A DNA stretch of 64,000 bases from contig OZ025803.1 in the NCBI GenBank assembly GCA_964019425.1, forward strand, positions 682,001 through 746,000. The letters are read 5' to 3'. This DNA is from Flectonema sp. DT1601 (Eukaryota). The notes beneath the pieces were generated by a model, which saw nothing but the letters and a program-made list of their open reading frames with translations, searched no databases and was not told the origin of the DNA. The stretch's first letter is position 1, and each line of letters starts with the position of its first letter. A program made the translations under genes and the position numbers. Below are positions 8,407-17,771 of this stretch, piece after piece.

Positions 8407-11400
8407 GAAGACGCAGAAACGCAAAGACGCAGCACGCTCACGGACGTACGTGAGACCTGCGGTTGCCGATCTTCTTCTTTTGTTGGAGGGGATGGGTGGT
8501 CGGGTTAGCGAGATTCACTAGCTCGAGAAAAAGATTCGAGGTCGTTGAAACTGCTCTCTGACAGGGTGGTGAAAACTGAGAGGAAGGAGAAGTAATTCGT
8601 TACAAAAGAAACAAGAATTTACAACAATGTTCCAGCAAAAGAGAAGGTGCTCGCTGTCTGACTTCAGTTCGCTCTCAACTTTTCTTTGTCTCGCGAAGAC
8701 GCAGAAACGCAAAGACGCAGCACGCTCACGGACGTACGTGAGACCTGCGGTTGCCGATCTTCTTCTTTTGTTGGAGGGGATGGGTGGTCGGGTTAGCGAG
8801 ATTCACTAGCTCGAGAAAAAGATTCGAGGTCGTTGAAACTGCTCTCTGACAGGGTGGTGAAAACTGAGAGGAAGGAGAAGTAATTCGTTACAAAAGAAAC
8901 AAGAATTTACAACAATGTTCCAGCAAAAGAGAAGGTGCTCGCTGTCTGACTTCAGTTCGCTCTCAACTTTTCTTTGTCTCGCGAAGACGCAGAAACGCAA
9001 AGACGCAGCACGCTCACGGACGTACGTGAGACCTGCGGTTGCCGATCTTCTTCTTTTGTTGGAGGGGATGGGTGGTCGGGTTAGCGAGATTCACTAGCTC
9101 GAGAAAAAGATTCGAGGTCGTTGAAACTGCTCTCTGACAGGGTGGTGAAAACTGAGAGGAAGGAGAAGTAATTCGTTACAAAAGAAACAAGAATTTACAA
9201 CAATGTTCCAGCAAAAGAGAAGGTGCTCGCTGTCTGACTTCAGTTCGCTCTCAACTTTTCTTTGTCTCGCGAAGACGCAGAAACGCAAAGACGCAGCACG
9301 CTCACGGACGTACGTGAGACCTGCGGTTGCCGATCTTCTTCTTTTGTTGGAGGGGATGGGTGGTCGGGTTAGCGAGATTCACTAGCTCGAGAAAAAGATT
9401 CGAGGTCGTTGAAACTGCTCTCTGACAGGGTGGTGAAAACTGAGAGGAAGGAGAAGTAATTCGTTACAAAAGAAACAAGAATTTACAACAATGTTCCAGC
9501 AAAAGAGAAGGTGCTCGCTGTCTGACTTCAGTTCGCTCTCAACTTTTCTTTGTCTCGCGAAGACGCAGAAACGCAAAGACGCAGCACGCTCACGGACGTA
9601 CGTGAGACCTGCGGTTGCCGATCTTCTTCTTTTGTTGGAGGGGATGGGTGGTCGGGTTAGCGAGATTCACTAGCTCGAGAAAAAGATTCGAGGTCGTTGA
9701 AACTGCTCTCTGACAGGGTGGTGAAAACTGAGAGGAAGGAGAAGTAATTCGTTACAAAAGAAACAAGAATTTACAACAATGTTCCAGCAAAAGAGAAGGT
9801 GCTCGCTGTCTGACTTCAGTTCGCTCTCAACTTTTCTTTGTCTCGCGAAGACGCAGAAACGCAAAGACGCAGCACGCTCACGGACGTACGTGAGACCTGC
9901 GGTTGCCGATCTTCTTCTTTTGTTGGAGGGGATGGGTGGTCGGGTTAGCGAGATTCACTAGCTCGAGAAAAAGATTCGAGGTCGTTGAAACTGCTCTCTG
10001 ACAGGGTGGTGAAAACTGAGAGGAAGGAGAAGTAATTCGTTACAAAAGAAACAAGAATTTACAACAATGTTCCAGCAAAAGAGAAGGTGCTCGCTGTCTG
10101 ACTTCAGTTCGCTCTCAACTTTTCTTTGTCTCGCGAAGACGCAGAAACGCAAAGACGCAGCACGCTCACGGACGTACGTGAGACCTGCGGTTGCCGATCT
10201 TCTTCTTTTGTTGGAGGGGATGGGTGGTCGGGTTAGCGAGATTCACTAGCTCGAGAAAAAGATTCGAGGTCGTTGAAACTGCTCTCTGACAGGGTGGTGA
10301 AAACTGAGAGGAAGGAGAAGTAATTCGTTACAAAAGAAACAAGAATTTACAACAATGTTCCAGCAAAAGAGAAGGTGCTCGCTGTCTGACTTCAGTTCGC
10401 TCTCAACTTTTCTTTGTCTCGCGAAGACGCAGAAACGCAAAGACGCAGCACGCTCACGGACGTACGTGAGACCTGCGGTTGCCGATCTTCTTCTTTTGTT
10501 GGAGGGGATGGGTGGTCGGGTTAGCGAGATTCACTAGCTCGAGAAAAAGATTCGAGGTCGTTGAAACTGCTCTCTGACAGGGTGGTGAAAACTGAGAGGA
10601 AGGAGAAGTAATTCGTTACAAAAGAAACAAGAATTTACAACAATGTTCCAGCAAAAGAGAAGGTGCTCGCTGTCTGACTTCAGTTCGCTCTCAACTTTTC
10701 TTTGTCTCGCGAAGACGCAGAAACGCAAAGACGCAGCACGCTCACGGACGTACGTGAGACCTGCGGTTGCCGATCTTCTTCTTTTGTTGGAGGGGATGGG
10801 TGGTCGGGTTAGCGAGATTCACTAGCTCGAGAAAAAGATTCGAGGTCGTTGAAACTGCTCTCTGACAGGGTGGTGAAAACTGAGAGGAAGGAGAAGTAAT
10901 TCGTTACAAAAGAAACAAGAATTTACAACAATGTTCCAGCAAAAGAGAAGGTGCTCGCTGTCTGACTTCAGTTCGCTCTCAACTTTTCTTTGTCTCGCGA
11001 AGACGCAGAAACGCAAAGACGCAGCACGCTCACGGACGTACGTGAGACCTGCGGTTGCCGATCTTCTTCTTTTGTTGGAGGGGATGGGTGGTCGGGTTAG
11101 CGAGATTCACTAGCTCGAGAAAAAGATTCGAGGTCGTTGAAACTGCTCTCTGACAGGGTGGTGAAAACTGAGAGGAAGGAGAAGTAATTCGTTACAAAAG
11201 AAACAAGAATTTACAACAATGTTCCAGCAAAAGAGAAGGTGCTCGCTGTCTGACTTCAGTTCGCTCTCAACTTTTCTTTGTCTCGCGAAGACGCAGAAAC
11301 GCAAAGACGCAGCACGCTCACGGACGTACGTGAGACCTGCGGTTGCCGATCTTCTTCTTTTGTTGGAGGGGATGGGTGGTCGGGTTAGCGAGATTCACTA

Positions 11401-13183
11401 GCTCGAGAAAAAGATTCGAGGTCGTTGAAACTGCTCTCTGACAGGGTGGTGAAAACTGAGAGGAAGGAGAAGTAATTCGTTACAAAAGAAACAAGAATTT
11501 ACAACAATGTTCCAGCAAAAGAGAAGGTGCTCGCTGTCTGACTTCAGTTCGCTCTCAACTTTTCTTTGTCTCGCGAAGACGCAGAAACGCAAAGACGCAG
11601 CACGCTCACGGACGTACGTGAGACCTGCGGTTGCCGATCTTCTTCTTTTGTTGGAGGGGATGGGTGGTCGGGTTAGCGAGATTCACTAGCTCGAGAAAAA
11701 GATTCGAGGTCGTTGAAACTGCTCTCTGACAGGGTGGTGAAAACTGAGAGGAAGGAGAAGTAATTCGTTACAAAAGAAACAAGAATTTACAACAATGTTC
11801 CAGCAAAAGAGAAGGTGCTCGCTGTCTGACTTCAGTTCGCTCTCAACTTTTCTTTGTCTCGCGAAGACGCAGAAACGCAAAGACGCAGCACGCTCACGGA
11901 CGTACGTGAGACCTGCGGTTGCCGATCTTCTTCTTTTGTTGGAGGGGATGGGTGGTCGGGTTAGCGAGATTCACTAGCTCGAGAAAAAGATTCGAGGTCG
12001 TTGAAACTGCTCTCTGACAGGGTGGTGAAAACTGAGAGGAAGGAGAAGTAATTCGTTACAAAAGAAACAAGAATTTACAACAATGTTCCAGCAAAAGAGA
12101 AGGTGCTCGCTGTCTGACTTCAGTTCGCTCTCAACTTTTCTTTGTCTCGCGAAGACGCAGAAACGCAAAGACGCAGCACGCTCACGGACGTACGTGAGAC
12201 CTGCGGTTGCCGATCTTCTTCTTTTGTTGGAGGGGATGGGTGGTCGGGTTAGCGAGATTCACTAGCTCGAGAAAAAGATTCGAGGTCGTTGAAACTGCTC
12301 TCTGACAGGGTGGTGAAAACTGAGAGGAAGGAGAAGTAATTCGTTACAAAAGAAACAAGAATTTACAACAATGTTCCAGCAAAAGAGAAGGTGCTCGCTG
12401 TCTGACTTCAGTTCGCTCTCAACTTTTCTTTGTCTCGCGAAGACGCAGAAACGCAAAGACGCAGCACGCTCACGGACGTACGTGAGACCTGCGGTTGCCG
12501 ATCTTCTTCTTTTGTTGGAGGGGATGGGTGGTCGGGTTAGCGAGATTCACTAGCTCGAGAAAAAGATTCGAGGTCGTTGAAACTGCTCTCTGACAGGGTG
12601 GTGAAAACTGAGAGGAAGGAGAAGTAATTCGTTACAAAAGAAACAAGAATTTACAACAATGTTCCAGCAAAAGAGAAGGTGCTCGCTGTCTGACTTCAGT
12701 TCGCTCTCAACTTTTCTTTGTCTCGCGAAGACGCAGAAACGCAAAGACGCAGCACGCTCACGGACGTACGTGAGACCTGCGGTTGCCGATCTTCTTCTTT
12801 TGTTGGAGGGGATGGGTGGTCGGGTTAGCGAGATTCACTAGCTCGAGAAAAAGATTCGAGGTCGTTGAAACTGCTCTCTGACAGGGTGGTGAAAACTGAG
12901 AGGAAGGAGAAGTAATTCGTTACAAAAGAAACAAGAATTTACAACAATGTTCCAGCAAAAGAGAAGGTGCTCGCTGTCTGACTTCAGTTCGCTCTCAACT
13001 TTTCTTTGTCTCGCGAAGACGCAGAAACGCAAAGACGCAGCACGCTCACGGACGTACGTGAGACCTGCGGTTGCCGATCTTCTTCTTTTGTTGGAGGGGA
13101 TGGGTGGTCGGGTTAGCGAGATTCACTAGCTCGAGAAAAAGATTCGAGGTCGTTGAAACTGCTCTCTGACAGGGTGGTGAAAA
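8407..13183. repeat. 288-bp tandem array, 16 full units plus 169 bp, apparently identical copies
   Basis: The unit start gaagacgcagaaacgc occurs at 8407+288n up to 13015. Identical short ORF translations recur with a 288-bp period. Confidence 0.98.
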
Positions 13184-13218
13184 CAATAAAGTACAGAAAC
13201 TGTAGCTTTAGAATCGTT
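13184..13218 (-). ncRNA. Spliced-leader (mini-exon) sequence, 35 nt, retroposed rather than an SL RNA gene
   Basis: The minus strand reads AACGATTCTAAAGCTACAGTTTCTGTACTTTATTG, ending in the conserved euglenozoan CAGTTTCTGTACTTTATTG. It is followed by TTTT instead of the GT donor of an SL RNA intron. Confidence 0.92.
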
Positions 13219-13334
13219 TTTTTGGGAAAACCTACAGATCCACCCCCAGGTTTGGGGAAACGTACACTACGGTCACGGCCTTGTGTAACTTTTTTGACCC
13301 CTGGATATGTGTTTAAATCCGCAAAATCGAAGAC

Positions 13335-13405
13335 GACGCAAATTGTCGAGTGGTATGATTCCAGACTTGCATTCGCTAGGCTGCGGTTCGAACCCCTGTC
13401 GGGTC
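13335..13405 (+). pseudogene. tRNA-like sequence (TGC loop, Ala-like) followed by a T-run
   Basis: A-box TGTCGAGTGG, loop CTTGCAT, B-box GGTTCGAACCC, then about 23 T. The stems are imperfect. Confidence 0.55.
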
Positions 13406-14059
13406 TTTTTTTTTTTTTTTTTTTTTTTCCCCAGTGACCAACAGGTACACTGTCTGCACTGGCCGTTCGGTCAGGAACGCCGCCGCTGACGTCGTGCGTC
13501 GTATCCGTACTGCTGATTCGTTCTGTCACGTTCGGACACTCGTCGCTCTGAGACATTGCTTAGTGCAGGTTGCTGACTAACAACATCGTTTGAAAGTCTT
13601 ACACCAGAACCTCATTGGTACCTTACAAAGACCCTGCATCAAATTCACACGCGGGTCGTTCTTCAAGGTCAATAGTGTAAACTTCCACTCGACTTAGGAC
13701 CTCGCTTGGAAGCCTTCTGTCATCGCGCAATTCTTCCTTAAGTTAAGTTAAACTTAACTTTAACATAAGAGAGTAATCCATCGTCCTGTTAACCTCTATT
13801 CTCTCATCATGGTGTAGAAGTAAGTTAGTCAACTATTGATGTAGTTACTTAATTGTAATGTTCATAAAAAAACATTCTTATTGTTGTAATCTTTTGGACG
13901 CAAGCCCTAACACGATCAAAAAGTAACCACCAGTGGTGACTAAGTGATCCAGTCTGGCTTACTTCAAAGGCTAACATAGTCAAGCACAGTCACTGCGGAT
14001 GTGTTGTGTAGCATCACGGCTCCGATCGGAGAACCGTAGATACCAGGGACTAGAAACGG

Positions 14060-14250
14060 GAGTTCCTCTCGTACTACCCCGTATTGCGGTCGACTTACAC
14101 TGCCCCAAGGGGGTCTCTCCCCATCAGTAGGTAAAACTTGTCTCATGACGGTCCTGTTAGTGGGTGAACTATCCAACCCTTGGACAATTCTGCTTGTCTA
14201 GGCTAGGAAGAGCCGACATTGAAGGATCAAAAGCAATGAACGCTTGGCTG
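14060..14250 (-). pseudogene. Degenerate LSU (28S) rRNA fragment covering the domain V-VI region; may extend to about 13945
   Basis: The minus strand has CAGCCAAGCGTTCAT, GATCCTTCAATGTCGGCTCTTCCTA, GTTCACCCACTAA, CCGTCATGAGACA and the sarcin-ricin loop AGTACGAGAGGAAC (14075-14062), with internal deletions relative to the conserved rRNA. Confidence 0.9.
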
Positions 14251-14500
14251 GGTTTGCAGGCCCCAAAAGCTGAACGAAAAAATTGGGCCGTTCGAATCAC
14301 TAACTTGCATGTTGTCGGTTGCAGTCATCACTCACCTGTCAGCATACTCTTTACCTTAATTACGCTTAACCCTAACGATGATTTGTACTTTAAATACTAC
14401 CACGTTGGTAGTATTTAAAAGTTAACAAAGCCTTAAAAAAAATTGAGTAACAGCGAGACGAACAGATGCCCAGAAAAAAAATTCCGGAAAAAAAAAAAAA

Positions 14501-14572
14501 TCCCCCCGAGGGACTCGAACCCCCTACCTCCAGGGCTTCAGTCCGGCACCAACACCACTGCGCTATCACGGA
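14501..14572 (-). pseudogene. tRNA-like sequence (GAA loop, Phe-like) followed by a T-run
   Basis: A-box TAGCGCAGTGG, loop CTGAAGC, B-box GGTTCGAGTCC and a downstream T tract. The stems are imperfect. Confidence 0.6.
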
Positions 14573-15011
14573 TTCGAAAAAAATTTCGCCCAGAATAGAG
14601 GGCTGTCGATTTGGAAAAAAGGTCAAAAAAGCTACACAAGGCCGTGACCGTAGTATACGTTTCTCCAAACCTGGGGGTGGATCTGTAGGTTTTCCCTTTT
14701 TTTTTTTTCATCTATTTGAGTTTGTCTAATCCCGATCCGTCGATACCCGAGGATAAACGGTCAACAATTCAGAAAACTGACGAAGGGTGTGAAGACAAAT
14801 CTCAAGGGGGGGGAGTTATGGAAGAGGGGTAATACTGTTGTTAAGATTTGTATATCACCAAACCTGTCTACTTTTGTGACAGACTCCATCATCCAGTAGT
14901 GGCACTAAAGTAATCAAGAACGGCATGGAGTTAGCCTCTATTAGGGAAAAGACAATGACATACAACGTCAACAACAGTTATATAAAATAACAAACGAAAT
15001 ATATTTACTGA

Positions 15012-15043
<32 letters not shown>

Positions 15044-15579
15044 CGTAACTAAAAAAAACAAGAGAAGGGGAAAGGGGAAGGTGGCTAATTAACATGTGTG
15101 AGTGATTGAGAGACGGGCGAGGAAAAGAATTAAAAGTTTATCTGCTGTCACACTGTTGAATAGTTCGTTTGCACAAGTAGGTATCCTTAATGCAACTTTC
15201 TAAATATTGCGATATCTTTATATATAAAAAAAAAACAAAAAAAAAAACAACAAAAAACAAAACCAAAAAACCACACTGAAGCAATGTGGACATCACCACA
15301 AAGAATAAAGTCCGTTTGCTTAGTTTTTTTTAAATCGGGGGGGGTTAAGCTCCTTATGAATAGCTCTCCCTTGGATTTTTTTTTTTTTTCATATCAACAC
15401 TCAGCGCTACTATACAATATGGGGTCACTACATGTTTTAATTTACTGACAGGCAGAGCAAGAAAAAAGCAGATCAGTATGAATGCTGCTCATAGAAGAAT
15501 ACGCATTGAGCGGGACACTTCTTAATCATCAGACCCGTGCCTCGTAGATGAGGTGTAAGGATGTAACAAGAATAACAAA

Positions 15580-17466
15580 TTAATAGTCGTCACCAATAGA
15601 AATTGTTTCCGATATTTGTGCTCTCTTATCGAATGTGAGTCTTAGAGTAAATTTAGGAGAGTATTTCTTGTGTTCGTTGTCTTTGTGAGCACCGTCAACA
15701 TCCGGGCGAGTGAGTAAGATACCGACATTAGGGTCAACAAAAGAGGTGTGAAACCACGTCCAAATCGTAGACTCTGACCAGGTTAAACCATTTTGTACGA
15801 AATGAAATCTTATGTTCCCAGAAATTGGAGAGCAATCAGAGAGGTTATAACGGATATAGGCATTTAGGGGGGCATTTGAAGATGTTATTTTATTAGTTTC
15901 TAAAAACAGTTGATATTCATCAGGTGAGAATGTCTCATCTCGATAAGGATGTCGAATTATAATCGAATACTTTCCCTCTCCAACAGAAGTATCATTTCTC
16001 CTACCAATTCGCTCAAATACAGATTGCCTCCGCCTTGCTGAATTTTGAACAGATGTCCACAAAACATCACCCGCAGACCCTTGCAATAAGGCGCTCATAA
16101 ATTTGTGAGGGACAGTAGCAAGGCATTCTGGTAAGGGTCCCATCTCAATGTGAAGTATTTTTAGTGACTTATGAGTTGGAGGAATATATTCGTACCTGCT
16201 ACTGGTGCCGCTACCATATCCTGTTAGGCTAGGCAATGATGAATGGCTGCCTTTAACTTTTAAACAATTCTCAAAATATCTTAAATATAGATTCTGACTT
16301 GGGGATTCCACTGTTTGAACTTTCGCAGCTCCGACTTCAGTTCTCATCTTTCCAAAGCGACGACGGGCTGTCGCAACGCTCGTCTCTTCACCAGACCAGA
16401 CTAAGTGGGAACAGCACATCATTCCTGTTCGACCTTTCCCTCCCTTACAATGGACAATTATAACATTTCTTGGATCTGCTGACAAGTATTCCTCAGCTGA
16501 CTTACAAAAGTCTGCAACAATTGATAAATCACACGGCTGATGATCGTCTATTTTAATCCTTTCAACCCTCCCATGAAACCATGACGTCTCGTACTCTCGT
16601 TCAGCACACAGATTATAAACTTTGTAGGTACCTGGGTGCTTTGCGTCTAAGAATTTTGCAACATCATGGATTTTATTTCGATAAAGAGCCTCAAGGCTAA
16701 CAGAAGGCCAAGACATAGCGATAACTCTTTCGGTTATGTACGTCAGGTCAAGATCGAATCCTCCAGCGATGTATCTACGCCTTGCCGATGATACAGTCTT
16801 CTCACCTATTCTTGCGGCTATGCTTAACTTACCAACTAAGACAGCTATTACTAATGCTAATCTCATTAGTGTTTGTGGTAGTAACCAACCATCTTCTAAA
16901 AACAATATTTCAAACACTGTTGAAGCAGTCAGAATCACGATACTAAGAACCCTTCCAACACGATGATGATATTTAGTAGTGTAGCTGCACAGCGTTCGAC
17001 GAATTCCCGCACACCAGAATCTAAGATACGACTCAAGAGTGAAGATAATTGATAATATCATCGTGCATGTCCTGACGTGTAAAGCCTCGTCATCCTTCCG
17101 ATTGTATCCAAAAACTAACAAAACGAGAAGCAGTGCAATGTCACAAAATAGAAGTGCTAAGAGACTTCCCTGTACCCAAACAGAATATATTTTTCCACGA
17201 ATCCAAGAGGCTGGTTTATTTCGGGTACTGGCTCTGCGGGCGCCGGGTGCTTCAGTGTAGCGCATGGTAGGTATTTCTGAACAATCGCTTTGGAAATCTG
17301 AAAAGTTTTCAAATTGAGCTTCGTCTTCGTCAGTGTCTCCATCATGAATCCCAACCAGTAACGGTTCACTCAATACTGAATCAAAAGTTTCCATTTTCCT
17401 CACCATTAGCTCATTTCTCAAAGCTTCTAGTGCTGCATCGTCAGGACTGTCGACATCGAAATCCAT
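15580..17466 (-). CDS. TPTE: Transmembrane PTEN-family phosphoinositide phosphatase (voltage-sensing phosphatase/TPTE-like)
   Basis: Four hydrophobic helices, linker VSSARRRY, GFDLDLTYIT, YRNKI, YNLCAEREY, DHQP, active site HCKGGKGRTG, VESPSQ and a C2-like tail (WFHTSF...LTRPDVD). Confidence 0.9.
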   Translation of the reverse strand: MDFDVDSPDDAALEALRNELMVRKMETFDSVLSEPLLVGIHDGDTDEDEAQFENFSDFQSDCSEIPTMRYTEAPGARRASTRNKPASWIRGKIYSVWVQGSLLALLFCDIALLLVLLVFGYNRKDDEALHVRTCTMILSIIFTLESYLRFWCAGIRRTLCSYTTKYHHRVGRVLSIVILTASTVFEILFLEDGWLLPQTLMRLALVIAVLVGKLSIAARIGEKTVSSARRRYIAGGFDLDLTYITERVIAMSWPSVSLEALYRNKIHDVAKFLDAKHPGTYKVYNLCAEREYETSWFHGRVERIKIDDHQPCDLSIVADFCKSAEEYLSADPRNVIIVHCKGGKGRTGMMCCSHLVWSGEETSVATARRRFGKMRTEVGAAKVQTVESPSQNLYLRYFENCLKVKGSHSSLPSLTGYGSGTSSRYEYIPPTHKSLKILHIEMGPLPECLATVPHKFMSALLQGSAGDVLWTSVQNSARRRQSVFERIGRRNDTSVGEGKYSIIIRHPYRDETFSPDEYQLFLETNKITSSNAPLNAYIRYNLSDCSPISGNIRFHFVQNGLTWSESTIWTWFHTSFVDPNVGILLTRPDVDGAHKDNEHKKYSPKFTLRLTFDKRAQISETISIGDDY

Positions 17467-17771
17467 CTTTTTTATAACTCTTTTTCTTTATTAAAATAAG
17501 TCTCCACTTTTCAATCTACAACATGTAGTTGATGGGCAGGGGGAACTGAAGGGGAGAAAATAATTATTATTTTATAGTCAAACTGAACATTTCATTTCTT
17601 ATTGTCTTGTTCTTCTGAAATGCCTGTTAAAAAGATTTTTTTTGTCAAGCAGCAGAAATACATAAGGGAAAGGCTGAGCCTGCAACAGAAGTTGCGACTA
17701 ACGTAATAAAAAGGCGCTGAACTTTCTTATAACATTTTGTTTAAAAAAGAAGGAACAATAGGGCAACCAAC

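Larger units (their letters stand above)
1..13218 (-). mobile_element. CRE/SLACS/CZAR-like non-LTR retrotransposon (RLE type); 3' end lies outside the window
   Basis: GC-rich block with one long RT+RLE ORF and a 5' region of 288-bp tandem repeats. The 5' boundary is marked by an SL exon at 13184-13218, next to a T tract and a DNA-transposon TIR. Confidence 0.88.
13224..14696. mobile_element. Non-autonomous Mutator-like (Pack-MULE/MITE-type) element
   Basis: 76-bp TIRs at 13224-13299 and 14621-14696 with 3 mismatches. The termini GGGAAAACCT resemble those of the MULE at 46376. T tracts flank both sides and there is no transposase. Confidence 0.85.

Noticed and set aside
8425..8470. Self-cleaving ribozyme in the 288-bp unit (hairpin GCAG..CTCACG-gacgta-CGTGAG..CTGC)
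   Set aside because: The hairpin is real, but I found no hammerhead CUGANGA/GAAA core or HDV-like nested pseudoknot by eye. An Infernal search would be needed to exclude it fully.
8407..13183. CRISPR array, SL RNA gene array or 5S array; recurrent 60- and 64-aa ORFs
   Set aside because: Units are identical with no unique spacers, and no SL exon or 5S sequence lies within the unit. The short ORFs simply recur with the repeat.
13184..13218. Functional SL RNA gene
   Set aside because: There is no GT donor or SL intron after the exon, and the upstream DNA is a transposon TIR.
14060..14250. Functional rRNA gene
   Set aside because: It is short and isolated, with deletions in universally conserved segments.
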